Shown one piece after another: positions 1-11,949 of a DNA stretch of 64,000 nt. Under the pieces are notes generated by a model. That model ran no database searches, was not told the origin of the DNA, and worked only from the letters and a program-made list of their open reading frames with translations. Within the stretch, counting starts at the first letter, position 1. The number at the start of each line of letters is the position of its first letter. Source of the stretch: Octopus vulgaris (lineage: Eukaryota). The stretch is from contig OX597819.1 in the NCBI GenBank assembly GCA_951406725.2, positions 115,320,001-115,384,000 on the forward strand. The letters are read 5' to 3'. The position numbers and the translations under genes were made by a program.

Positions 1-100
1 AAAGATGGCTGTTCTCAATAAGAAATTGGAACATTACTTTTGTGAGATAATGCAAAAATTTTATTGATCATATATCTGATATAACATGTAATATTTTACG

Positions 101-1266
101 TTAAAGCAACTCTCTGCGTTGGGAGTAAGAGATGATCTCTATAACTGGTTGAAGTCCTTTATTATCAGCCGGAAAGAAGTTGTCACAGGTCTAGGACAGC
201 ACTCTTCACCCTATGAGGGATCTGTTCTTGGCCCCCTTTTATTTGTTGCATATGTTAATGACATAGATGCCAACTTAAAGAATGCCGCAGTGCTGAAATA
301 TGCAAATGACAACAAGCTGTACCTCGAAATAAAGAGGTCAGATTCTGTACACTATAGATCTCTATTGCAATCAGACCTGGACACAATGCAGCAGTGGATC
401 ATGGATTGGCAACTCAAGCTGGCTGTGGACAAATGTACCACCATGCAATTTGGGAGGAAAAGCCCAGCGTCTATTACTCCCTCCACTACACTAATCTCAA
501 AAAGTCTTCGTGTGAACGTGACCTGGGCGTTATTGTCGACAGCGATTTGCCTGGACAAAACACATCGCTAAAATTGCCAAGAAGGCTGAGGATGTCTTGG
601 CATCACTCACCAAGTCCTTTGTGAGCCGCTCTCCGGCTATTTATCTGCGGCTTTATATAGCTATGGTACGACCTCACCTGGAATTTGCATCGCCGATCTG
701 GAACCCCTATCTTGCCCAGGATATTAATCGTCTGGAAGCCGTTCAGCGACGTGCAACCAAGAGAATACCCTCCATCAGGCATCTGCTATATTCTGAACGC
801 TTTACTTCCCTGGGCATCGACACATTGAAACTCCGACGTCTGGCAGCTGACTTGGCAGACACCCATAAAATTATTAACCATCTTACAAACAATAACTCTG
901 AGCACCTTTTCAAACTCCACCTGTCTAACACCCGTGGACATGTTTACAAAGTCAGAAAACAACACAGTTCCCATGACTTTCGGAAACATTTTTTCACGCT
1001 AAGAGTTGCCGAAGCATGGAACAGATTGCCGGCATCAGTTGTTAGTTGTCGGAGCACTGCATCCTTCAAAACTTCTATGCTTCCTAAGATTCGCCAACAC
1101 TACACCTGATTTTCTCCTCTCCATACACACGCAAGCATGTATGTGACTCATACACTGTCCACTTCCCAGACACTTGTACATTACTGCATCTCCTTTATAC
1201 GCACTTTTTGACAAGTTGTGGTGCACCTGAGCACTGTATACAATAATTTCATTATTATTATTATTA
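101..1266 (+). mobile_element. 5'-truncated CR1-type LINE (RT C-terminus, 3' UTR, (TTA)n tail)
   Basis: ORFs 119-571 (GSVLGPLLF..YVND, KYAND = degenerate YADD) and 597-1109 (VRPHLEFAS.IWNP, FFTLRVAEAWNRLP) are frameshifted. The insertion is absent from the paralogous segment at ~9645. Confidence 0.92.
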
Positions 1267-2468
1267 TAAAATCTGTTATACTTTAAGACTTAAGTAATAT
1301 TTTGTCTGAATTCCTTGTGAATAAGGAATATCATTATTATAGAATTTAATCAGAATGGTGTCCTCGTTATTACGATAATAGCCACAGCGTTTAATGTGTT
1401 TAGCCTTCTGTACTTTACCAGGTGCCTTTCGTAATCCGTAACGTTCTTGGAGTATCGAACCACGACATTTATTAAACATTTGCTTAAAATCTACACACCG
1501 TGCGGACTTTTAAGCTAGCTCCTGCGTGAGGGCTATTTGGGTCTGCGTCCAAAAACTAAAAAGAAGAATAGCAGGAATATAACGCCTATAATGACCATGT
1601 GGCCCGGGGGGGTTGATCAGATGTTAAAGATGGTTGATAATTAATTCTCTAATGCAATCATTCTATTGTTCCAGTCCCAAGTTGGATTCCAACAATCGAC
1701 CTGTTAGTCCCAAAGAGTTCTTATCTTGACGTAAAATTAACGAAGCGAAAGCCATTTATCTCACCCTAGATCTGACAAATGCCAACCAAGATGGTGTGAA
1801 TCAGCCAAGCTTTACCCACCAGAAACATCAACACGAATGCTTTTAAATCAGATCCCAATGCTGGATGTTCAAGAAACAAACGAAGGGCAGATGTTCAATC
1901 CCGGAATCATCCTGATTCCAAAAAGGTATACGGGTCCCTCACGGACAGACAATTTCGCTTTTATTATTATAGACAAGGATGGTCTCATTCCGTATTCCAC
2001 ATCAGTGCTTTTCTCCTCTTAATATAATCTTACTATGTTCTTTCTGATGGAACTCCACTGGATAATGCTTGAGTGACCTCAAAAAAGGAACTTTGCTCCA
2101 CTAACTCTTATATTACCCATAACAATTCATCAACGCTTATAACCACTGACGTTCTGCAGTTTAATTAACAATTGAAACTAGAATGTCTAATCCTTGCTTT
2201 TTATGGTTATAGATTTCTTTCTAAAATGAAGGTTCTCATATAGTATTCATCCTTTAGTTGGGATTACGAAGCAAGTTACCCTATTGCAGCATATACTGCA
2301 TGTACAGCGGTTCTTCCAGTAGTCGTAACTTCAAGTATTGCTTCTTATATTTTCTTTTGACTTATCTTACATTGAAACATTTTCTGTTGTTCTTTGCTAT
2401 ATTGTTAGAATATTGATGGATGATTACAGCTGTTCTTTTCTCCAAGTTGTTCCCTAATGATACTCATC

Positions 2469-2505
2469 TATAAATACTACACTCTCCATAACTCTAGCAT
2501 CAGTT
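2469..2505 (+). promoter_or_regulatory. TATA box plus initiator of protease gene copy 1
   Basis: TATAAATA 2469-2476 and TCAGTT 2500-2505. The same spacing is conserved in the paralog (9739-9746, 9770-9775). Confidence 0.75.
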
Positions 2506-2544
2506 CAATCTTCCTACACCAATAACTTCACATCTAGTGCCACC

Positions 2545-2593
2545 TTGTTGTCTCTGTGTTGCCTTCTTGTTACAGTTGCTTCAGTTTTTGTTG
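2545..2593 (+). CDS. S1 serine protease exon 1 (signal peptide, TTG in place of ATG)
   Basis: GCCACC-TTG-TTG TCT CTG TGT TGC... = (M)LSLCCLLVTVASVFV, phase-1 donor GTAAGT at 2594. The paralog has ATG at the aligned position (9815). Confidence 0.8.
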
Positions 2594-2759
2594 GTAAGTC
2601 ATATCTCCGGACGAGGGGTTTTCCATGATGAAACTTCAAATGTCGTCCGCATTCCGGTTGATATCTTTGTTAATACTGGTTTCAGTGAATTCTACATACA
2701 TTTTTAAATCATTAATTTCATATGAAAAGATAATTTGAAACTGATTTTTTAAATATATC

Positions 2760-3975
2760 ACATTGTAGCGAAACTTCTGTCCGTGATTCTTAAAGTAAAT
2801 ATCTAGTTTAATTTAGGTGTTTAACTTCTCAGTTCGAGTTGAAATGCGACGAAATCATTGATGAATAATTACTTTCCTTTTCTTTCAGATTTGTTCAAGC
2901 TTGTCATAATTAATGTTGTTATATTGGCCCCGTGTTCACTCCTAGCAAAGAACGCTTTTCTTTATAAATTTCAAAAAGGAAATAATGCAAGTTTAGAAAC
3001 AAAATTCCCGCAAAACACTTATAGTGATAGCGTAATGACTGAAAGATCACTCAGAAAATGGTTTTAACGATTCGGATACGGTGACTTCAGCCTGCAGGAT
3101 CAATCAAGATGAGGACGTCCAAGTGTGTTCGGTCCTGGTGCATTGGAAGCCACTGTTGAAGCAAACCAGACTAATACGGTTCAAGATTTAAGTATGGACT
3201 TCACTGTGAGCCATACGATCATTCATCGATCGTGAATTGAAAAGGTTTGGTTAAGTGACAAATGTGGGAAAATGGGTGCCACATGGTCTCTTTGCAGACA
3301 GTTACAAACAACGTGTTGACTGCTGTACTTCATTGGAATCTCGTGAACTGAAAATGCCTTCTTTGAATAGAATCATTACTGGAGATGAAAAGTGAATACT
3401 TTACCATAACGTAAAGCAATAACGTTAGTGGCTCAGTCATGGTGAAGAACTTGCTCAGCAGCTTAGAAGTGGCCTGAATCCAAAACGAATGCTTCTGAGT
3501 GTATGGCGGCATGTGAGTGGAATAATTCATCGCGAACTCCTTGATGATAATCAAACAATAACAGCCAATATATACTGCCGACATCTAAGACGTTTGGAAG
3601 CAGTGTTACAGCAGAACGCGTCCATCATTAACAAACAGAAATGGAGTCATCCTACATCATGATAACGCGAGACCTCACACTGCATAAAAGTCCAAAGATG
3701 TCCTTGAAAATATGCTTGGAAAATTCTGCTCCACCAACAATATTCTCCGTGCCTTACACCTATAGATTACCATCTCTTTAGAAATTTACAAAACTGTTTG
3801 AGTGGATTAAGGTTTACTTCCAGAGCTGAGCTTAAAAAACGTGTTAATTTAATTTTCTTACTTCTAAACTTAAGGAATTTTATGAACGTGGCATTAGAAA
3901 GAGGTCACGTAAAAGAATAGTGACTATATTAACGATTAAATAAATCAGATATTATTTTTCAATGTTTCCTTGAGC
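2760..3975 (+). mobile_element. Degenerate mariner (DD34D) transposon in protease intron 1
   Basis: Frameshifted motifs GRPS, KWVPH, IITGDEK, HHDNARPH, YSP..P.DYHLFR. Absent from paralog intron 1. Ends approximate. Confidence 0.88.
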
Positions 3976-4115
3976 ATTATAAAAACGATAATTACAAACT
4001 GATAATTAATTGTTACAAAATTACAACCATTAAAATCACAATAGATATATTGTAGACATTCAAGAATGACTCTCCTAGAAATATATATATATTTTCTTTT
4101 CTGATTTTCCTTCAG

Positions 4116-4287
4116 CACCTGCCGAACAGATCGTCGGTGGATCTCCAGCAGCTAACTGCGAATTTCCATCTATTGTCCATCTCACAATATCTGATCGCCC
4201 CAAAGGTAGCATGGGTATTACATTTTCTAATGTATGTGGTGGTACTTTGATTGATTCTACACATGTATTGACAGCGGCTCACTGTCT
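4116..4287 (+). CDS. S1 serine protease exon 2 (IVGG N-terminus, catalytic His)
   Basis: APAEQ-IVGGSPAANCEFPSIVHL...VCGGTLIDSTHVLTAAHC, ttcag acceptor, gtaagt donor. Confidence 0.95.
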
Positions 4288-4773
4288 GTAAGTATATACA
4301 CACTACATATTGACGTCTTTATATCAATAATTCACATAACTTGATGTAATATATTGATGTAAAAGAACTATAAAGTTTGGAAACAATTATTTAGTGTATA
4401 TACCAACATATATACTGGCTTTAATATCAGATTACAATTCATTTTGAACATTATGTTTCCAAGAAACGTCCGATAATTGCCTTTCACCATTCTTCCACAT
4501 ATTATGTTAATTACCCATTTTAGTTCGTGTATGTATAATACCTTTCGGACCAACAACACCAATAGAATTATATTTTAGTAACACACACACACTGTTCGAA
4601 TAATAGTATTTAAATGAACAACGACTTTTGATAATAACAGTGCCGTTTAAAGAGACATATGTTATAATACGATAAAGGATAGACAAACGTTTTAGTATCG
4701 AGGAGAATTTCAAGCACATGACGATGTAAAATGATTCCCTGTTAAAGATTTTGCAAATTCTATTTGATTTTAG

Positions 4774-4901
4774 AGAAGGGCTTGTCAGAACAGTTAAAGT
4801 AAATATTGGTTCCAATCTCAAGTCGGTTCCTGGTCCTCAGGCAACAAATGCAATTCAAAATGTGAGTCATGAACATTACGTTCACCAACCCTACCTCATA
4901 C
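4774..4901 (+). CDS. S1 serine protease exon 3
   Basis: EGLVRTVKVNIGSN...HEHYVHQPYLI. Phases 2/1 fit the neighbouring exons, donor gtgagt. Confidence 0.9.
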
Positions 4902-5456
4902 GTGAGTATTACAATATCTTCATACACTTTCTTATAAATTTTCTCTTTCTTCTCACCATTTATCAGTAAATATCAGTGTTTCATCCACTGCAATTTAGTG
5001 TCAATATATGATAGCTATTGTTTTGGTGTTTTCATTTTAATGTTTGTGCAAGAAATGTCTAAACACCGATATTTCTTCATCAGTATTTATCCCAGCTGCC
5101 ATTATTCAGTCATTCTAGATTTGCTTATCTGAATTAAAGTTGTATGCCAAAGAATATCCGCATTAGCATTTCTCGGTAGTCACTACTACAGAATATAGTG
5201 ATGTGGATTACAACGACGATGTATATGTATATATGCGTATACACACATACATACATACATACATACATACATACATACATACATACATACATACATACAT
5301 ACATACATAAATGTACATTCCTACATACATACATATGGTAGACTTGTTTCCGTTTCCATCTACGAAATCTAATTGCAGGGATTTGATTGGCCGCGTACAA
5401 CAATAGAAGGCACTTGCTCAAAGTGTCTATTCTCATCTGTACACATGTGTGTATGA

Positions 5457-5515
<59 letters not shown>

Positions 5516-6054
5516 TGTATGTGTATGTGTGTCCACACCATTGCTTGATACTCGATGTTGGTGTGTTTACGTCTCCGTAAATTAGCGGTACGGCAAAAGG
5601 GGCCGATAGAATAAGTACTAGGCTTACAAAGAATAAACCCTGGAGTCGATTTGTTCGACTAAGGACAGTGCTCTAGCATGGCCATAGTCAAATGAAAGAA
5701 ATAAACGAATAAAAGAAGGAAGATATACTTGAAAATGAAAACAACGCACTGCTAACACCAAAGATAGGATACAACATTTACGTGTACCCCTTCATACTTC
5801 TCATGGAGATTTGGCGTGACACAGAGAGTGACAAGGCCGGCCACTTGAAATAAGGTATTTCTTATTTTTGCCAGCTGAGAGGATTGGAGCACTGTGAAAT
5901 AAAGTGTCTTGCTCAAGTGTCGAACTCGCGACCCTACGATCGCGTGCCATATACCCTAACCACTAAACCACATGTCTTCACAACTTCACAGTATGTTATG
6001 TTAACAAAAATACGGTGTCCTTACCAAAAGTCAACGTGGGCGCACGCACGCACG

Positions 6055-6095
<41 letters not shown>

Positions 6096-6489
6096 ACATG
6101 TTATATTTTAATTGTTCCTCCGTGTGTTAACGTGGGCCTCCTAACGACAAAGTAAAATCCCTATAATCAAGATGCCCTTGGCCTGAAAAGTAGCCTGAGG
6201 TAAACACGCCGCTTGGCTACTTACAATTTCCGAGGTTCTGCTCTACTCCATCTTTGATTCTTATTCGCATACCAGGCAGTCTTGGCTGCCAGCCTTGAAA
6301 TATAAAATACTTTGTTTCAGCCTGTCGTACTTTGATACGAGCCCAATGTAAGGTTATTTGTCTTGTACGCTGTTCTTTCTTTTCAATACACCCTCAAATA
6401 ATTCAACTTGAAAAACTGCTAGAATACATAAATCCAAGTATACTATTTCGCGGATATGTTCTCTGCAAATGAATCAGTATACACTATGA

Positions 6490-7620
6490 ATTCTTTTCCA
6501 TTATAAGTCTCCTTTTATATATAAATTATTTTTGTATATTTCACTACTCCATAAACAGATAAAAATTATTTTTCTTATACACAATGCACAATAAGCTTAC
6601 ATTAGTTAAACACTCATTACTTACATAATATTACTATATATTTCCCTCTCACCTTATGCCAAGCTAAATTCTTAACTCACATTTTTATTAATACATAAAC
6701 ATAGTCAACCTAATAAATATCAATAACTATAATATTTATTAAAAATTTCTAACTCTTCCTAGCTTTATTATCTTCCCTACATTATTAATTTTCAGTCTTA
6801 CAATATCTATTATACCTCTGAACGTTCTTACAATATCTATTATACCTCTGAAAGTTCTTTTAATTTTTATAGCCACAGCAATATTTACTATTTTAATTCT
6901 GTAATATTAACAACTAATTTTCCTATTTTAATTTTTTTGTTACCTTATATTTAATACACACAAATGAATATAAGTACTTACAGTAACACATTTCCATTAT
7001 ATGTAGCTCTTGAAATATTTCTATTAACTGTTGTTCTCGTTGCATTCTAGCAGCCTACTATTTAAATAATCCCACTAGCTTAAATTCATTCTCACACACA
7101 ATTTTTGTTTTTAAATATACACCGTATCTACATTACTTATAACTGTCAAATGATATCCTCATTCAAACATAATTATGCCTTTCCACTGGACACCTCTATT
7201 AAACTTCCTATAACGAATGACTTATTTAGAGCTTGAATTATTTAGCTACTTACTCTTCTATAGAGGGAACGTCTCTTAAACATTTTTTCACTCAAATTTT
7301 CAAATAACCGTTAACTGCATCAGTTTTAGTTTATACACAGCTAGACTCACATTCTTTAGTATGCTCTCAATTGTTTCATATGGATAAAATACACATATCC
7401 GAATTTGTTATCTGCTATCTCATTCATCAAGTCTACTGTAATAATAATAATTTTCTGTTGTATACTTGTTGCACTGAGAAGAACAATGATATCTAATTAT
7501 TTTAATTTCATCAAATTAGTTTTAATTTTTCTACCATGGATTTACATGATAATATCGCTGTTTGAAACGATCGTACGGTGTATTTAAATACTTCTCTTCT
7601 CCATTTCTAACAAATTTATT
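6490..7620 (+). pseudogene. Possible highly decayed nad5-like mitochondrial relic in protease intron 3
   Basis: G-poor, A/C/T-rich block with collinear frameshifted motif remnants (FPFS, H..ST.L, AF..ALLF, LIHSH, FY..DL.LE, YTARL). Recognised by eye only. Confidence 0.35.
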
Positions 7621-7899
7621 GAGTTTCTATTGGATACCTTTCCATAAATTTTCATAACACATCATATATAAGTAATATTTTAATATTCGCATAAATCCTA
7701 CGCCAGTAAACTACCAGCAAAATATGAAATATTTTTGTTAGAAATCGCCCTTTGGAACCCTCCAAAGTAAAGGATGAAATATAATTCAACCTTTTCACAC
7801 ACACACACACACATATAATATATATATATATATATATACGTCTCTAATGCATGACAAGCTGGCATTTATATCTATCTTATACCAATTTTATTTTTGAAG

Positions 7900-8034
7900 A
7901 GAACGACATCGCCATATTGACTTTGAGCAGACCAGTCCGTGAAGAAGGATGTGTGAAATTTGCAACTATGGCCAATCCAGGAGAAACATTTGATCATAAA
8001 AGATGTATCGCTGCTGGATGGGGAAGTCTCTTTT
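7900..8034 (+). CDS. S1 serine protease exon 4 (catalytic Asp)
   Basis: QNDIAILTLSRPV...CIAAGWG. Confidence 0.95.
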
Positions 8035-8126
8035 GTAAGTATCAATATAGTTTCATCAAACATTCATATTTGAATTAAATTGTTGTTGATCGATATTAAT
8101 CATCACTCGATTTGTACTCCTTTCAG

Positions 8127-8272
8127 TCAGAGGACATAGCCCTAACGAATTATATAAAGTGGCCCTTCCAGCTATTCCCCATGATGTTTGTAAAAGAAGA
8201 TCTGGGATGCGAATTGCTGAAGGAATTCTTTGTGCCGGGGATTTCAGACCAGGTGGAGCATCTGTTTGCAAG
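8127..8272 (+). CDS. S1 serine protease exon 5
   Basis: RGHSPNELYKVALPAIPHDVC...ILCAGDFRPGGASVCK. Confidence 0.95.
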
Positions 8273-8561
8273 GTATACAGTATTGATACTTTAGTATATA
8301 CCTATTTTAATATCTCACTGATGCACATTTTAGATGTGTGTGTGTGTGTGTGTGTGTGTGCGTTTGAGTGTGTGTCTGTATGTGTGTGTATTAATGCAAA
8401 GATATCGGACACATTTTCAATGTAGTGAAAAGAAAACTGTTTATCACAATAAGAAATTTACCCTGTTGTCTATGTTGAACAAAAAATTATATTTCGTAAA
8501 ATAATTCAACATCTGTGAATTTCAAGAACAATATATAGATATATTGTTTGTGTTTTTGTAG

Positions 8562-8711
8562 GGTGACTCTGGTGGTCCACTTTATTGTCCAAGATCAAAT
8601 GGTGAAATGGTGTTGGCAGGAGTAACATCTTTTGGATATAAATGTGAGACAGATGTCAGTGCTTTCAGCGACGTCGGATATTTCCGAAACTGGATCGATA
8701 GACACACGTGA
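8562..8711 (+). CDS. S1 serine protease exon 6 (catalytic Ser, stop)
   Basis: GDSGGPLYC...LAGVTSFG..C...WIDRHT-TGA, AATAAA at 8782-8787. The six exons total 780 nt in one open frame. Confidence 0.95.
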   Translation, partial: GDSGGPLYCPRSNGEMVLAGVTSFGYKCETDVSAFSDVGYFRNWIDRHT

Positions 8712-9052
8712 GAAGTACTTTGATGAAGATATCTGTTATCGAAGGAATGTCAGCAGAATAATGTCAAACTATTGAGAAATCAATAAATATATACGAAATG
8801 ATTTATGCAAATATTATTGTCATAATATTACAAGAGAATGTTTAACTGTTTCGCTTTAAGTGTTTATAGCGTCGGGAAAACGTTCACTTTACCTATTTCA
8901 CTCTGAGAACGGTTAATTAGCATGTACGTTAGTTGAAACTTGTAGGCTGAATGGAGAACTGAACGAGATTTTCTTTCTATTCCTGACACTCTTTCAGTTC
9001 TGGAGTGGAAGGGGTTCGTGCACATATATACTTCTCAGCGAATCCATATAAA

Positions 9053-9295
9053 TATATATTGAAAGAATAAGTAGAGATGGCATTTTTGAGGGGATAATTT
9101 TTTTATTTTAATCTTAATAATAGTGATTACAGTGAGTGACCTAAGTTTCTGGATGATATCCATCCTCAGAGTAAGACAGTCTCACACTGAGGACGGACAA
9201 CATCCAGAAAGCTAGGATGTTAACAGTATTATTAAGATTAAAATAAAAATTATCTCCTCAAAAAAGCCATCTCTACTCATTCTTCACATATATAT
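9053..9295. mobile_element. Fold-back Penelope-like pLTR fragment with hammerhead-like cores
   Basis: Imperfect ~240 bp palindrome centred near 9178. Minus-strand CTGAGGA-TGGAT-atc-ATCCA-GAAAC at 9169-9145, with a degenerate mirror at 9187-9210. Confidence 0.65.
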
Positions 9296-9322
9296 AATAC
9301 TCAACCAAGAACTTTCTCTTTA

Positions 9323-9358
<36 letters not shown>

Positions 9359-10281
9359 AGAGAGAGAGAGAGAAAGGGAAATAGACAGACTGATAGATAT
9401 ATAGATAAATATATATATATAGATTGATAGATAGATAGATAGACAAGTTTCTCATCACACAAAGGGTAATTGTTATTAACGTATACATATAAGAATATGG
9501 AAACTACTTTGCCGTTATGCGAATTTGAAATATTTCAATACATTCCAAAAGATGGTTGTTCTCAATAGAAATTGGAACATTACTTTTGTGAGATAATGCA
9601 AAAATTTTATTGATCATATATCTGATATAACGTAATATTTTACATAAAAACATATCTGTTCTTTGCTATATTGTGAGTGCATTGATGAATAATTACAGCT
9701 GTTATTTCTTTAAAGTTGTTACCCTAACGATACTTACCTATAAATACCACAGTCTCAATAACTCTAGCATCAGTTCAGTTCTTCTACACCAGTAACCAAA
9801 CATCTAGTACCACCATGTTGTCTCTCTGTTGCCTTCTTTTTGCCGATCAGGGGATTTTACGTGTTCAATCTTTTCAAAACACGGTTTCATACAGACTGAT
9901 CCCGTTATTAATACTTGTATCGGAAAATTCTACATATATTTTTAAATCATTAATTTAATTTGAAAAGAGAGTTTGGAACTGATACTTTTCATGTAATTAC
10001 TGCTTACAAAATTACGACCATACAAAATACAGTGATAGATATATCGTAGACATTCAAGAATAATTCATCTAGAAATGTATATTTATTTGCGTTGGTGATT
10101 TTCTTTCAGAACCTAAGACGCAGATCGTCGGTGGATCTCAAGCAGCTAACTGTGAATTTCCATCTATTGTCCATCTCCAAATATTTAACCAACCCACAGA
10201 TAACAGGATTAGTGTATGTGGAGGTACTTTGATTGATTCTACACATGTATTGACAGCAGCTCACTGTCTCTAAGTATATAT

Positions 10282-10512
10282 ATTTCTTTACTACCCACAA
10301 GGGGCTAAACACAGAGGGGACAAACAAGGACAGACAAAGGGATTTAGTCGATTACATCGACCCCAGTGCGTAACTGGTACTTAATTTATCGACCCCGAAA
10401 GGATGAAAGGCAAAGTCGACCTCGGCGGAATTTGAACTCAGAACGTAACGGCAGACGAAATACGGCTTCGCATTTCGCCCGGCGTGCCACCGTTTCTGCC
10501 AGCTCGCCGCCT
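10282..10512 (-). mobile_element. tRNA-derived SINE family B (other copies ~12477-12848, 20552-20960, 22183-22398, 49104-49335, 57690-57845)
   Basis: Head GGCGGCGAGCTGGCAGAA..GAGTTCAAATTCC. Flanking duplication taagtatatata here, and a 15-bp TSD catcacttgacaacc around the 49104 copy. Confidence 0.88.
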
Positions 10513-11170
10513 AAGTATATATAAGTATATATGCATAGCATATACCCGTCTTCCCATCATTATATTACACCATTTGATGATTATGAAGAAAGTTTGGAGT
10601 CCATGTTTGTATTATATAAACGTTGAAAAGAATTAGTTGGTGAAAATACCAACATATATATTGGCTTTAATATCAGATTAAAATTTACATTGAATTCTAT
10701 GTTTCCAGCAAATATTGGACAAATTGCCATTTACCATAAACAATTGGAAATATTTAGTTGAGAAATAATAAAGAAGGGCAATTGAGCCAATGCGTCTGTT
10801 GTTAATATTGGCGTAATGACTCTCCATAGACACAACAAAATATATTCAATTTTGGGGGCTAATGCAGAATCGCATATAAAAAAACAATCCAATTGCATTT
10901 TAAATAAAATTGTTTTGCATATTCGTAATCTCCGACATCTAAAACGTAGGAATCCGAAAACATATTTTCAAAAAAATGCATTTTTCAAGGAGAGGTGCGA
11001 AACTGCATTAATCCCCAGTTTTCAATCACAAATAATATATAGCTGTTTAAATAAATACAGCACTTCAATCTTCGAACTTTCCTTCAAGTGCTGTGTATAT
11101 TAATTATAAATTTTACTTTCTGAGTATGTAATATTGTTCTGATCAACAACTGCCATAGAATAGATATTTT

Positions 11171-11572
11171 GAATCTTTTCGGTTTGAACGGCAGTTTTTT
11201 CTTGCAGTGTCATATGAAATTGTCACCCATAATTATGACCCTAGTATCGATCTATTGCATTTCAATCTCTTTTAGGGGTAGGGTTAGGGGGGGTATCTTA
11301 TTTTCTTCACAAATGTAAATAAACCCAATCTGTTTCTTAAACGAGGGACATATTTATACGGCACAGAATGCTTTTTAACTCTATAGACGTATTTGATTGG
11401 TTGAAGAAATTGAAGAAAAAAAAAAACAAATATCTTACAAACTATAGAATTTTCTCAATAAAGCCAAGAGAAAAAGATGTTTTATAAACACATTCTACCA
11501 GTATACGAAGTTTAAAATTTTTTAGTTGCCTAGAAATTATGTTAAAAACTGCCGTTCAAACCGAAAAGATCC
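11171..11572. mobile_element. MITE with ~29-bp TIRs and 8-bp TSD (Merlin-like)
   Basis: TIR G(A/G)ATCTTTTCGGTTTGAACGGCAGTTTTT, TSD GATATTTT at 11163-11170 and 11573-11580. Empty site in the paralog at ~4568. Confidence 0.85.
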
Positions 11573-11949
11573 GATATTTTCATAACACACACTGTTCGAA
11601 TAATTCTATTTAAATGGACAGCGACTTTTAATAATAACAGTACCGTATATGAGAATTATCTTACAGTACTATAAAGAACTGGCAAACATTTTAATACCTG
11701 GGGAAGAATTTCAAGTATATTACATTACAAAGTTATTCTCTGCTAATAATTTAGTATATTCTATTTAATTTTAGAGAAGGAAAAGTCAGAAAGGTTAAAG
11801 TAAATATTGGTTCCAACCAGAAGTGGGCTCTTGGTCCTCAGTCAACAACTGCAAGTAGTATTGTGAAACATACTGGATACGGACATACACCATATCTGAC
11901 TAGTGAGTATTACAATCACCATGTCTTCATATATTTTCTAATAAATTCC

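Larger units (their letters stand above)
9815..11902 (+). pseudogene. Tandem S1 protease paralog, pseudogene (exons 1-3 only)
   Basis: ATG at 9815 but the exon-1 donor is deleted. Exon 2 (10110-10269, EPKTQ-IVGG...TAAHC) has a GT>CT donor. Exon 3 is 11775-11902. Homology stops at ~11950 and exons 4-6 are not seen. Confidence 0.9.

Noticed and set aside
597-1109. Functional RT-like gene duplicated at 24139-24651
   Set aside because: 5'-truncated CR1 copies lacking most of the RT. The first has a frameshift and a YAND motif.
11272-11293. Interstitial telomere
   Set aside because: Only about three imperfect TTAGGG units, internal to a MITE.
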